64,000 nucleotides of DNA from Candidatus Omnitrophota bacterium (lineage in GTDB: Bacteria; Omnitrophota; Omnitrophia; Omnitrophales; Aquincolibacteriaceae), in the NCBI GenBank assembly GCA_903856085.1, contig CAIOAT010000047.1, positions 20,634-84,633 of the forward strand, read 5' to 3'. This document shows positions 1 to 10,884 of this stretch, in pieces; the stretch's first letter is position 1; each line of letters opens with the position of its first letter. Made by a program: the position numbers and the translations under genes. The notes under the pieces are model-generated. The model saw nothing but the letters and a program-made list of their open reading frames with translations. It was not told the origin of the DNA and ran no database searches.

Positions 1-1
1 T

Positions 2-394
2 TCCGGTTGTGATGTCCGCGGTTTGGAGCCTAAGGAAAGAGAGGATTATCATGCTTTGTGGCAGGGGTTGGGGATAGCCAGCAAGATTGATGTCGGTCGG
101 ATCGAGCGGTTTAGACCCGTAGGATACCCCGCCACCTATGATTCTATTAGCGCTACGGGAATCTGTTTCGATAGGATAGATAATAACAAAGAAAACTTGT
201 GGGGAGTCGAGGAGTATGTTTTTTTTATCAAGGATGCCTGTGATCATTTGGAACCCGGGGGAGTTCTGTATTTTCGTTTCAATGAGCGGCCGCAAATAGA
301 AGTTTTTAATCTCTTCAAGAGCCTCAACGCTTGGGAGGGCGGGAACCGATTCCGCCTTCGGAGAGAGAATTTTCTAAAATCGCGGCATGCTTAA
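2..394 (+). CDS. Hypothetical protein, 5-prime partial; the frame is open back to position 2 with no in-frame stop. A HLEPGGVLYF segment weakly resembles the post-motif region of class I SAM-dependent methyltransferases.
   Basis: The ORF track frame extended by hand to the window edge; weak motif resemblance only. Confidence 0.3.
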   Translation, partial: SGCDVRGLEPKEREDYHALWQGLGIASKIDVGRIERFRPVGYPATYDSISATGICFDRIDNNKENLWGVEEYVFFIKDACDHLEPGGVLYFRFNERPQIEVFNLFKSLNAWEGGNRFRLRRENFLKSRHA

Positions 395-1469
395 AAAAAT
401 CAAAGCGTTAATAATCTTTCGAAATGTTTTTGGCGTTTCCCTCAATCAAATTTACCCTTTCCGCCTTTTAAAAAATCAATTAAAAAAAACCTTAGGGTTT
501 TATTTTTCAGAAAGGCCTGTCCAGACGCTAACGGATGTCGATATCGAAGAAGCGAATTCGCACGACATTGTTTTTATTCAACTTAAAATTCCTCCCGAGC
601 ATGTAGGCCAACTGAATGAAATGCTCGCGCAAATTTCTAGTCGTAAAGTTTTGCTCGATGATCGCGATAGTTCCGGACAATGTTCTTTTTCCGCAGTTCC
701 GCTGGTCAATCTTTATGTCAAAAAACAGGTTTTGCGAGATCTTAAGAATTACCAGACGCCCTATCGGGATGGCAGAATCCATGCTGACTTTATTGGAAAA
801 TCTTTTTCTTTAAGTTCTGCCGACCTTCCGCGCGTAAAAATTACCGAAGATTTTGAACAGAAGATTTTTACTGGGTGGAATATTGGCGTATCCGAAAGGC
901 TTCGCGGGAGGATTCCCCCCAATGCGGATTCTTTATTCGCAAAGAAGCGCACCGTTGATGTGTGCCTTAGGCTTTCTTTGAGGAACGATAAGGATTGGTG
1001 TTATGTCCATAGGAAAAAATGTTTCGAGGAAGTTCAAAAGCTGAGCGCTTCCATGAAAGTTGTTGTCTCCCAAGAAAATATTCCTCGTCCAGAATACTAC
1101 GAGGAATTGAGTCAGGCAAAAATATGTCCCTCTCCGTGGGGCTACGGGGAAGTGTGCTACAGAGATTTTGAGGCCATTTTGTCAGGAGCTTTGCTTATTA
1201 AGCCCTCCATGGAACATCTTGTGACCCATCCCAATATTTACATACCTTATGAAACATACGTGCCTACCAAGGTGGATTTTAGCGATCTGAATGATATTTG
1301 CAGGTATTATCTTCTTCATGAAAATGAGCGCGAGAGAATTGCCCGAAATGCCCTGCGTGCTTATAGCGACTATTTTGAAAAAAATATATTTCTTGGGCAG
1401 GTGCGAGAGATGTTAAGCCGGACGGGGTTTGAAACGGAGGGCCTTGCGCAGCGCGACTTTAACGGCTAA
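387..1469 (+). CDS. Putative glycosyltransferase (CgeB-like / GT1-like C-terminal region)
   Basis: 360 aa ORF; a C-terminal PWGYGE...RDFEAI...ERERIARNA pattern resembles the CgeB / GT-B glycosyltransferase C-terminal domain. Family assignment is tentative. Confidence 0.4.
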   Translation: MLKKIKALIIFRNVFGVSLNQIYPFRLLKNQLKKTLGFYFSERPVQTLTDVDIEEANSHDIVFIQLKIPPEHVGQLNEMLAQISSRKVLLDDRDSSGQCSFSAVPLVNLYVKKQVLRDLKNYQTPYRDGRIHADFIGKSFSLSSADLPRVKITEDFEQKIFTGWNIGVSERLRGRIPPNADSLFAKKRTVDVCLRLSLRNDKDWCYVHRKKCFEEVQKLSASMKVVVSQENIPRPEYYEELSQAKICPSPWGYGEVCYRDFEAILSGALLIKPSMEHLVTHPNIYIPYETYVPTKVDFSDLNDICRYYLLHENERERIARNALRAYSDYFEKNIFLGQVREMLSRTGFETEGLAQRDFNG

Positions 1470-1581
1470 ACTCACGTATTGGATTTTGCGCTGCCCGTAC
1501 TGTCTGCTTGACTTTGATTTGTCGGTAATCTTGAATGTGGTCAGCCGCTTGAAAAGTAATACAACTCCGGAGTACAACAAA

Positions 1582-2697
1582 ATGAAGATCGACATTATTC
1601 ACGCAACGGCAGGGGAAGGGCATCGCAAGATTGCGATGGCGGTCCAGGATAGCCTTGTGCGGCTTGGCCGAAGCGATCTTCAAGTCCGCTTGATGAACTG
1701 CCTGGACTATACCGACGCTGCTTTTCAGAAAACATACGCCCCTATTTATTACTGGTCCGTCCGGCATGCCCCGAGTCTTTGGGGCGGGAGCTACGAAGTG
1801 TTGGATCACGCGTGGGTCTATCAGCTTATCCGGCCACTGCGTTCTTTGACGAATTCGGTGCATGCGAAACGCCTTCTTGAAGATATTGTCAAAAATCAAC
1901 CTGATGTGATTGTCTCGACGCATTTTCTTCCGCCCGAGATCCTGGGCCGCGCCAAACAGAAGGGCTTGATAAAATCGAAAATGATCACGGTGATTACGGA
2001 TTTTTATCCCCACACGGTTTGGGTCAATCCCGGAACCGATCATTACTGGGTCATGGCCGATGAAACCAAACAAGATCTTATCCGCCGCGGTGTTTCCGAG
2101 GAAATGATCACTGCCGGTGGTATTCCCATCCTGCCGACCTTCCAACCTACGGGAAGGAAACGGGAGATCCTGAAAAAGCACGGCCTTGAGGACAATCGTT
2201 TCACGATCCTTCTTACAAGCGGCAGTTTCGGCCTCGGTCCGCAGGAGGCGATTCTGGAAGAACTTAAGACGTTCAAAGACAAGGTCCAATGTTTCGTGGT
2301 TTGTGCCAACAACAAAGAACTTAAGGCGCTCTTGGAGAGCAAGACTTATCCCTATCCCGTGAAGATCTTCGGCTTTATCGATTTCATGCCTGATCTCATG
2401 GAGGCGAGCGATCTCATGGTTGCGAAATCCGGTGGCTCTACGACCTCCGAAGCTTTGACTAAAGGTGTGGTGATGGTCATTATGGCGCCGATCCCCGGTC
2501 AAGAGACCCGGAATGTGAAGCTTCTTAAAATCCGCGATGCGGCGTATTTTTTGAATGATCCTCATGAAATCCACGGTATCGTCAAGGGCATCTTGGACGA
2601 TCCTTCAACTTTGCAGAAGAAGCGCGATGCCATCAGGCGCCTGGCAAAGCCTCATGCCTCTGAAGATCTCGTCAAGATGATCCTCGCCGGGAAATAG
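1582..2697 (+). CDS. MGDG-synthase / UgtP-like diacylglycerol glycosyltransferase (GT28, MurG-like fold)
   Basis: An MKIDIIHATAGEGHRKIAMAV N-terminus and a G-rich C-terminal GT-B signature (LTSGSFGLG ... AKSGGSTTSEAL) typical of the monogalactosyldiacylglycerol synthase family. The start is placed at the internal Met, which gives a typical ~370 aa length. Confidence 0.6.
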   Translation: MKIDIIHATAGEGHRKIAMAVQDSLVRLGRSDLQVRLMNCLDYTDAAFQKTYAPIYYWSVRHAPSLWGGSYEVLDHAWVYQLIRPLRSLTNSVHAKRLLEDIVKNQPDVIVSTHFLPPEILGRAKQKGLIKSKMITVITDFYPHTVWVNPGTDHYWVMADETKQDLIRRGVSEEMITAGGIPILPTFQPTGRKREILKKHGLEDNRFTILLTSGSFGLGPQEAILEELKTFKDKVQCFVVCANNKELKALLESKTYPYPVKIFGFIDFMPDLMEASDLMVAKSGGSTTSEALTKGVVMVIMAPIPGQETRNVKLLKIRDAAYFLNDPHEIHGIVKGILDDPSTLQKKRDAIRRLAKPHASEDLVKMILAGK

Positions 2698-2702
2698 TTC
2701 TC

Positions 2703-3416
2703 ATGCCGAAAAACGAGTCTCTCTTATTCCTGAAGACCTTGAAAGAAGACGGTATTGAGCACGTGTATGTTTCGAAGAAGAACGAACCGCGGATTTCTGT
2801 TTCGCGTACCGCAGACCTGCCATCGAACAAGCCGGAAACCGTAGACTGCAGTTCGAATGTCGATATCTCAGAACTTCGCGACAAGGTCCTGAAATGCAAA
2901 CTTTGTGCCGAACTCGCGAAGACCCGCAAAAAGGTTGTTTTTGGTTCCGGAAATCTTCAGGCCAAGCTTGTCTTTGTGGGTGAAGCTCCGGGAGCTGATG
3001 AAGATGAACAGGGGCTTCCTTTTGTCGGACGTGCCGGTCAGCTCCTGACCAAGATTATCGAAGCCATGGGGATGGCAAGGGACCAGGTATTCATTTGCAA
3101 TGTTCTCAAGTGCCGGCCGCCGAATAATCGTCCGCCTGCGCCGGGTGAAGTTGTTCACTGCCGGCCCTATCTCAAGCTCCAGCTCGAGCTCATTAAACCT
3201 AAGGTGATCGTGGCGCTTGGGAACCACGCGGTCAAAGCACTTCTGCAAACTGAACAGGGGATCTCGCAGTTGCGCGGTACGTTCCAGAAGTATGAAGGCA
3301 TTCCCGTCATGTGCACTTATCACCCCGCATATCTTCTTCGCAGTCCGGGCGAGAAACGCAAGGTTTGGGACGATATGAAGAAAGTTATCCGATTCCTTGA
3401 AAGGTCTGCGGATTGA
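2703..3416 (+). CDS. Uracil-DNA glycosylase, family 4
   Basis: GEAPGADEDEQGLPFVGRAGQLL motif (GE[AG]PG...PFVG), conserved Cys residues (CKLC...C) and HPAYLLR. Carries an N-terminal extension of about 40 aa relative to typical family-4 UDGs. Confidence 0.8.
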   Translation: MPKNESLLFLKTLKEDGIEHVYVSKKNEPRISVSRTADLPSNKPETVDCSSNVDISELRDKVLKCKLCAELAKTRKKVVFGSGNLQAKLVFVGEAPGADEDEQGLPFVGRAGQLLTKIIEAMGMARDQVFICNVLKCRPPNNRPPAPGEVVHCRPYLKLQLELIKPKVIVALGNHAVKALLQTEQGISQLRGTFQKYEGIPVMCTYHPAYLLRSPGEKRKVWDDMKKVIRFLERSAD

Positions 3417-5545
3417 AAAGTTCTGAAGGCGGACAGCCAGAGAAAGTGCCGGGGCTCTTCAAGGCTCAAGTCGCAGTTCCGCTCCCGATCCCAACGGTTT
3501 TTAGTTATTTGATCCCCGAGCCTTTTCTCCCGAAAGCTATTCCAGGTGTCCGCGTAACTGTTCCATTCCGTAACACTGAAATCACGGGATATATCGTAGC
3601 CGTGGAGCCCCAGTCAACAGGCGTTGCTGAATCGGGCGGCCTCCATGGCAAATTGCGCAGGTTGCCCGTACTCAAATCCCTTCTCGCGGTTTTGGACGAC
3701 CAGCCTGTTCTCTCCTCTGATATGCTCCAACTCACGAAATGGGTGGGCGAATATTATGGTTCTAGCTGGGGAGAAGCGATTGAGAACGCGCTTCCGCGCT
3801 GGGTGAAATACGGAAAAAAGGTTGAGAAGTATATCGAGAAAGCGAAACTCAAAAGCGCGACGCCGGCGCCTTTGCCCCGGGATTACACGCTTTCCGAAGA
3901 ACAGGAAAATGCGTTCCGGATTATTGGAAAAGCATTGGCCTCAAAACATCCCAGGCCCATGCTGATCTATGGCGTTACCGGCAGCGGCAAAAGTGAGCTT
4001 TATATCCGGGCGATTCGCGAGACGCTGAAGCAGAATCGTGCCGCGATCTGTCTTGTTCCCGAGATTGCGCTCACCGAGCAACTCCAGCGATTTTTTGCCG
4101 GACATTTCGGTGATAATCTCGAGATCTTGCACAGCAAAATGACCGATGGCGAGCGATTCCTCACTTGGAAACGAATCGAAATGGGAACTTGTAATGTTGT
4201 TTTGGGTCCGCGTTCCGCGGTGTTTGCCCCGATTCCAAACCTCGGGCTCATCATCATGGACGAGGAGCATGAGGGATCTTACAAACAGGAGACCACGCCG
4301 CGCTACCATGCTCGCGAAGTCGCCGCATGTCGGGCAGAACATGAGGGGGTGCTTTTTTTGATGGGCACCGCCACGCCGTCCTTGGAAAGCATGGCACTTG
4401 CGGAGCAGGGAAAAATCGACCGTGTCAATCTCACGGAACGGATCGATCAAAAGGCCATGCCTAAAGTCGAGGTGATCGATCTCAAGCGTTACGAAGGGGA
4501 CAAACGTCCGAGCCTGCTTTTTTCGCCGCCCTTGATGCGCGAGATCGAAACCAATCTTAAGAACCGGGAAGGGACGATGCTGTTGCTCAATCGCCGGGGG
4601 TTTTCTACTTCGATCCGCTGCCCGAAATGCGGCAAGGTTGAGGAATGTAAGCTCTGTCAGGTCTCACTTACGTTTCATCAGGAAAAGAACCTTCTGCTTT
4701 GTCATTATTGTAATTATCAGAAAAAAGTTCCGAATGTCTGCGGTGAATGCAAAGCCCCCATGCTCCGTTTTATGGGATTCGGGACCGAGAAAGTCGAAAG
4801 TGAGATTGCCCGGTTTTTTCCAAGTGCCCGCATCGCGCGGATGGATGCGGACACCACTCAGAAAAAGGATTCCCACGAAAAAATCCTTGAAAAATTCCGT
4901 GAACAAAAGATCGACATCCTGATCGGAACGCAGATGATTGCCAAAGGTTTTGATTTTCCGCATGTGACCTTGGTGGGTGTGGTGCTCGCGGATGTTGGCT
5001 TGAGGCTTCCGGATTTCCGTTCAAGCGAACGGACGTTTCAGCTTCTCACGCAATTCGCCGGCCGCGCGGGCCGGGGCTTAAAACCCGGACGAGTCATTAT
5101 CCAGACCTGGATGGCGGAACATCCGAGCATTCGGTTCGCACAAGAACATGATTTCCTGAATTTCTATGCTCATGAAAAAAGGTGCCGCGAGGAATTCCAT
5201 TATCCTCCTTACCGTTCGCTAGTGAATATCATTATTCGTTCGCACGATGAAAAGAAGGCTTATCTTTTTGCCCGCGAGATCCGGGATGCCTTTAAAAGCG
5301 AACTCTCGATTACCAATTCTTTCGCCACAGACCGCGTGGAACAGGCTGCGCGTCCCGAGGTGGAGATCCTGGGTCCTGCCCCTTTGCCGTTTTACAAACT
5401 ACGCGGGCATTTCCGCTGGCATGTGATGCTCAAGATTCCTAAAGATCTGCAGCTTACGCCCAAGATCTATGCGCTTCTTATGGGCCTTAAAAAGCCTTCC
5501 GCCGTCGCTTTTCAGCTTGATGTGGATCCCCTCAATATCTTGTGA
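3413..5545 (+). CDS. priA: Primosomal protein N-prime (replication restart helicase PriA)
   Basis: Walker A GVTGSGKSE, DEEH box, a Cys-rich zinc-binding region CPKCG...CKLC...CHYC...CGEC, and a typical ~710 aa length. Confidence 0.9.
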   Translation: MKSSEGGQPEKVPGLFKAQVAVPLPIPTVFSYLIPEPFLPKAIPGVRVTVPFRNTEITGYIVAVEPQSTGVAESGGLHGKLRRLPVLKSLLAVLDDQPVLSSDMLQLTKWVGEYYGSSWGEAIENALPRWVKYGKKVEKYIEKAKLKSATPAPLPRDYTLSEEQENAFRIIGKALASKHPRPMLIYGVTGSGKSELYIRAIRETLKQNRAAICLVPEIALTEQLQRFFAGHFGDNLEILHSKMTDGERFLTWKRIEMGTCNVVLGPRSAVFAPIPNLGLIIMDEEHEGSYKQETTPRYHAREVAACRAEHEGVLFLMGTATPSLESMALAEQGKIDRVNLTERIDQKAMPKVEVIDLKRYEGDKRPSLLFSPPLMREIETNLKNREGTMLLLNRRGFSTSIRCPKCGKVEECKLCQVSLTFHQEKNLLLCHYCNYQKKVPNVCGECKAPMLRFMGFGTEKVESEIARFFPSARIARMDADTTQKKDSHEKILEKFREQKIDILIGTQMIAKGFDFPHVTLVGVVLADVGLRLPDFRSSERTFQLLTQFAGRAGRGLKPGRVIIQTWMAEHPSIRFAQEHDFLNFYAHEKRCREEFHYPPYRSLVNIIIRSHDEKKAYLFAREIRDAFKSELSITNSFATDRVEQAARPEVEILGPAPLPFYKLRGHFRWHVMLKIPKDLQLTPKIYALLMGLKKPSAVAFQLDVDPLNIL

Positions 5546-5686
5546 ATCGAAATATCCTGAGACGGGCTGACTCTTTTGTTTGCCTTTTCCCCGTATTATT
5601 TATTTACCAAATCTTGAAAGCAGTGGATAATAATCCCTGTTTAAATAGATGCGTTGGAATGCACCCGAGCACTTGAGGAGAAGGAT

Positions 5687-6358
5687 ATGCGTCTTAAAAA
5701 AAGCCCTTATCTTCCATGTTGTGTCCTGTTATTGTTTGCGTTGTCGTTTTCCGGGTGTTCGACGGCAAGCGTGGGAACTCCTTCCGGATTTCTAAAGGAT
5801 TACTCAGCCCTTCAGGATGGGACCTATTTCAAACAGGAATATGTCCCTCATGGCACCCGCTTTTCAGGCTATAAAACCGTCAAGGTGGCGCCGGTTAATT
5901 TGAGCCATCTAGACGATCAGAGTTCCTGTGATTCAAACGAACTTGAAGCCCTTGCCCGGGACTTTCGCGAAGATGTCGAGGCTCAGCTTAAAAAAAACAG
6001 TTTTACGGTTTCCTCCGATCCCTCGGGTCACACGCTCGTGATCAGTTTGGCTCTCACGAACATCGAAACTCCGGACCGGCTTTTCAATGTTGGAATGACA
6101 GCCGCATCCATTATGTCCCCTGTGCCGCTTCCTTTTGACAAGGACGGGAAAACCGCGCTTGAGGGGAAGATCGTGGATGGGACGACCGGACAACTTTTGA
6201 TGGAATTCGCAGAAGTGAGATCCGGTGCCGGTGACCAAAGAAGCCTGAAAACTATGACAGTCGGAAAGTATCAGAAATTCACGAATACCCGAGCCGTTTT
6301 TGCAGGTTGGGCTCAAACCCTTGCGAAAATGCTCAAAACCCTGACTGCCTCGACATAA
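5687..6358 (+). CDS. Putative lipoprotein (DUF3313-like)
   Basis: Signal peptide with a lipobox-like LSFSGC; a GAGGAG RBS sits upstream of the MRLKK start. Confidence 0.5.
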   Translation: MRLKKSPYLPCCVLLLFALSFSGCSTASVGTPSGFLKDYSALQDGTYFKQEYVPHGTRFSGYKTVKVAPVNLSHLDDQSSCDSNELEALARDFREDVEAQLKKNSFTVSSDPSGHTLVISLALTNIETPDRLFNVGMTAASIMSPVPLPFDKDGKTALEGKIVDGTTGQLLMEFAEVRSGAGDQRSLKTMTVGKYQKFTNTRAVFAGWAQTLAKMLKTLTAST

Positions 6359-6373
6359 AACGAAAGGAAAAAT

Positions 6374-6688
6374 ATGCAGGAATTTAAAAATGTGACCGTG
6401 GTGAAAAAAGCGAACACCTATTTTGACGGAAAGGTCACGAGCCGGACGGTTCTTTTTCCTGACGGCACAAAGAGGACCCTTGGGATCATGATGCCGGGGG
6501 ATTATGAATTTGGTACTGCCGAAAAAGAGATCATGGAGATCCTTGCGGGCGATATGGAGATTCAACTTCCGGGTTCCAAGGATTGGCAAAGGATTCAAGC
6601 GGGCGGGTCCTTTGAAGTCCCCGCGAAGTCAAAGTTTAAGCTCAAAGTCACTGCGCTAACGGATTATTGCTGTTCGTACATTCAATGA
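6374..6688 (+). CDS. ppnP: Pyrimidine/purine nucleoside phosphorylase PpnP (DUF1255/YaiE)
   Basis: 104 aa; YFDGKVTS ... GEYEFGTAE ... LPGSKDWQ ... CSY closely parallels E. coli PpnP along its full length. Confidence 0.8.
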   Translation: MQEFKNVTVVKKANTYFDGKVTSRTVLFPDGTKRTLGIMMPGDYEFGTAEKEIMEILAGDMEIQLPGSKDWQRIQAGGSFEVPAKSKFKLKVTALTDYCCSYIQ

Positions 6689-6711
6689 TCGGAACATGAG
6701 AAGATCTCACC

Positions 6712-7227
6712 ATGGCTAAGCTTAAGATTCGAACCTATCCCGATCCTGTTCTTAAGAAAAAAACGGCGCCGGTGACCGATTTTGGTCCCGCGATGCAGAA
6801 GCTTTTTGACGACATGATCGCGACCATGCATGTCTCAGACGGCGTGGGCCTCGCCGCACCCCAGGTAGGGATCTCCCAGCAGATTTTTATCGCATGTCCG
6901 ACCATGCGTCACGGCGAAGAACATGTTATGGTGAACGCCGTGATCGAAAAAAAGTCGGGGACTGTTGTTGGATCCGAAGGATGTTTAAGCCTTCCCGGGA
7001 TCTCCGGTGAGATCGTTCGCGCCAAAAGGCTCCGAATGACTTTTTGGAATCGTTTTGGGAAAAAATACACGGTCGAACTCGAAGATTTTTTTGCCCGCGT
7101 TATCCAGCACGAAATGGATCATCTGAGCGGTATTCTCCTGATCGATCATTTCAAGGGTGCGAAACGGGAAAAAATGATCGCTCAGTATGAGTCGGCTAAA
7201 GCAGCGAAGAGTGCCTCCAAACTATGA
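6712..7227 (+). CDS. def: Peptide deformylase
   Basis: The three canonical motifs are present: GVGLAAPQ, EGCLSLPG and HEMDHL. Confidence 0.95.
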   Translation: MAKLKIRTYPDPVLKKKTAPVTDFGPAMQKLFDDMIATMHVSDGVGLAAPQVGISQQIFIACPTMRHGEEHVMVNAVIEKKSGTVVGSEGCLSLPGISGEIVRAKRLRMTFWNRFGKKYTVELEDFFARVIQHEMDHLSGILLIDHFKGAKREKMIAQYESAKAAKSASKL

Positions 7228-7246
7228 ATTATCAACCCTCATCCAG

Positions 7247-8182
7247 ATGAAAATTGTTTTCTTCGGAACCGACGAATTCTCCATCAAGGCTCTCGAAGCC
7301 TGTCTGCATTCCGGCATGGAGCTCTCACAGGTTGTGACCACCCCGCCAAAGAAAAAAGGCCGTGGTCTTAAACTCGAATCCAGCGAGATTTTTGATTATT
7401 GTCAGACCAAGAATATTCCAGTGATCGAGTATCCGACGCTACGAGAAGCCAAAGTCGGTCAGGATCTGCTCGCCCGCAGGCCGGATATCTTTGTGGTGGC
7501 GTCTTACGGAAAACTCATCCCTAACAACCTGCTCGAGATCCCGAAATACCGGCTCAACGTTCACCCGTCTCTTTTGCCGAAATACCGGGGATCCGCGCCC
7601 ATTCATTGGCCCATTCTGAACGGGGACAAGGAGACCGGTGTGAGCATCATTGATATCGCAGAAAAACTAGATGCCGGCGATATTTATTGTCAGGAAAGGA
7701 TTGCCATCGATCCGCGAACCGATGCCGCGCAACTCGCCTCAGAGCTTGCCCGTTTTTCTTATGGAATTCTTAAAAAAGTCCTCGCTCAGGTCAAAGCCGG
7801 ACAACTTCGGGGTATTCCACAAAATGAAACTGAGGCCACCCTTGCACCTCAGCTCTCCAAAAAAGATGGCGAAGTATCGCTCACAACCATGACGGCTGAA
7901 GTGATCGATCGAAAAGTTCGCGGACTTCAGCCCTGGCCGGGTGCCTATTGTTTTATAAAAAACGAACGTATCGCTCTCCTCGAGACCGATCTTCCCGGAG
8001 CCACGACATCGGGAAAACCGGGGATTCTCCTTGCGATCGAAAAAGAGGGCGGCATCCAGCTAGCAACGCACGACGGGATACTTAAAATCCTCAAAGTCAA
8101 ACCCGAAGGAAAAAAATCCATGCCCGCCGCTGACTTTGTCCGTGGAAGGCATTTGACGCCCGGTATGATTTTGCAGAATTAG
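7247..8182 (+). CDS. fmt: Methionyl-tRNA formyltransferase
   Basis: MKIVFFGTDEFS N-terminus, HPSLLPKYRG motif, and a def-fmt gene pair. The start is placed at the internal Met of the track ORF. Confidence 0.9.
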   Translation: MKIVFFGTDEFSIKALEACLHSGMELSQVVTTPPKKKGRGLKLESSEIFDYCQTKNIPVIEYPTLREAKVGQDLLARRPDIFVVASYGKLIPNNLLEIPKYRLNVHPSLLPKYRGSAPIHWPILNGDKETGVSIIDIAEKLDAGDIYCQERIAIDPRTDAAQLASELARFSYGILKKVLAQVKAGQLRGIPQNETEATLAPQLSKKDGEVSLTTMTAEVIDRKVRGLQPWPGAYCFIKNERIALLETDLPGATTSGKPGILLAIEKEGGIQLATHDGILKILKVKPEGKKSMPAADFVRGRHLTPGMILQN

Positions 8183-8280
8183 ATTCGCACTTCAGTCAAA
8201 ACTTTTCATTTCTCAAAAGGTGTTTTGGATAGCGCTAACTTTAACTTTGCTGAAATTGATAAGTGTTGGGACAGAATTCC

Positions 8281-8308
8281 TTGACACTCGGCAGCGTGCG
8301 CTTATAAT
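8281..8308 (+). promoter_or_regulatory. Near-consensus sigma70 promoter: TTGACA (8281-8286), 16 nt spacer, TATAAT (8303-8308), upstream of gap
   Basis: Exact -35 and -10 hexamers with 16 nt spacing, about 150 nt upstream of the gap start codon. Confidence 0.45.
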
Positions 8309-8416
8309 TAGCACCGTTTTTCATTTATTGCTACGGGTTAACGGTGCAATACTGCAAACCCGTAAAATCAATAATGACGCAGTATTAGCGGGAATTTGAA
8401 ATGTTTCCCCCCGTAA

Positions 8417-9532
<1,116 letters not shown>

Positions 9533-9558
9533 GCAGCTCACCGACTAAGACCTCGACT

Positions 9559-10821
9559 ATGAAAAAGAAAACGGTTAAAGATATCGACGTTCGCGGCAAA
9601 CGCATCCTCATGCGTGTGGATTTCAATGTGCCTATGAAAGATGGCGTGGTGCAGGATGATACCCGTATCAAGGCCGCATTGCCCTCGATCAAGTATGTCC
9701 TTGAGCAGGGAGCCAAAAGCCTGGTGCTCATGTCCCATTTAGGCGATCCCAAGAAGGATATTCCGAAGGCTAAGGAGAAAGCGGAAAAGGATGGCAAGCC
9801 GTTCGATGAAAATAAATTTGTCGAAGGTAAATTTAAGATGGCGCCTGTGGCTGTTCGGCTTGCCAAACTGATCGGGAAAGATGTCAAGCTTGCGCCGGCG
9901 TGTATGGGGCCCGAGACTGAAGCGATGGTCAAGGCTATCCCGCAGGGCGGCATTCTGATGCTTGAGAACACCCGTTTTCACAATGAAGAAACTTCCAAGG
10001 ATGTGGCGGAACGTGAAAAAATGGCAAAAGCGCTGGCGCAGTACGGCGATATTTTTGTCAATGATGCGTTTGGTTCCGCACACCGCGCTCACGCCTCGAC
10101 TGAGACGGTCGCGAAGTATCTGCCGGCCGTAGCCGGATTCCTGATGGAAAAGGAATTGGATTATCTTCAAGAGAAAGTCGTCGATAATCCGGCGCGTCCT
10201 TTTGTTGCCATCATCGGCGGTGCCAAGGTTTCTTCCAAGATCGCGGTGCTTGAAAGTCTGCTTACGAAGGTGGATCGGCTTATTGTCGGCGGCGGTATGG
10301 CCTACACGTTCCTGAAAGCTAAGGGACTTTCGGTCGGCAACTCGCTTGTGGAAGAGGATATGATCGACACCGCACGGCAGATCCTGCAGAAAGCCTACGA
10401 ATCGCATATTTATCTTTATCTTCCGATCGATCATATCGTCACCACAGAGTTTTCCGCGGATGCCGAGGCCAAGCATGTGGCTCGCGGTAATATCGAGGCA
10501 AACCAAATGGGGATGGATATCGGTCCGCTTACGATCGATAAATTCAAAGGCGCGCTCAAGGGCGCCAGGACTGTTTTCTGGAACGGTCCTGTCGGTGTCT
10601 TCGAATTTCCGAAATTTGCCAACGGTACCATGGCTCTTGCGAAAGCGATCTCGGAACTTCCGGATTGCGTGACTGTGATCGGCGGCGGGGATTCGGTTGC
10701 TGCGGTCAATCAATCAGGCGTCGCGGATAAAATCTCTCATATTTCCACGGGGGGCGGCGCGTCGCTTGAACTTGTGGAAGGAAAAGTGCTGCCCGGGGTG
10801 GCCGCGCTTCTTGACAAGTAA
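9559..10821 (+). CDS. pgk: Phosphoglycerate kinase
   Basis: RVDFNVP motif, ~400 aa length, located between gap and tpiA. Confidence 0.95.
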   Translation: MKKKTVKDIDVRGKRILMRVDFNVPMKDGVVQDDTRIKAALPSIKYVLEQGAKSLVLMSHLGDPKKDIPKAKEKAEKDGKPFDENKFVEGKFKMAPVAVRLAKLIGKDVKLAPACMGPETEAMVKAIPQGGILMLENTRFHNEETSKDVAEREKMAKALAQYGDIFVNDAFGSAHRAHASTETVAKYLPAVAGFLMEKELDYLQEKVVDNPARPFVAIIGGAKVSSKIAVLESLLTKVDRLIVGGGMAYTFLKAKGLSVGNSLVEEDMIDTARQILQKAYESHIYLYLPIDHIVTTEFSADAEAKHVARGNIEANQMGMDIGPLTIDKFKGALKGARTVFWNGPVGVFEFPKFANGTMALAKAISELPDCVTVIGGGDSVAAVNQSGVADKISHISTGGGASLELVEGKVLPGVAALLDK

Positions 10822-10884
10822 ACAAATACCGTTTCTCATTTATTTGAACGGGTTTAAAATATAATAAAAGAAAGAGCGGACCTT

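Noticed and set aside
9739-10713. 324-aa minus-strand ORF antisense to pgk. Similar antisense ORFs lie inside mfd/recG (13397-14149), hisD (30627-31673), trpE (37477-37857), MoxR/DUF58 (47289-48383) and fmt/gap.
   Set aside because: Each is fully contained in a confidently identified plus-strand gene with strong family motifs; these are typical GC-frame artefacts.
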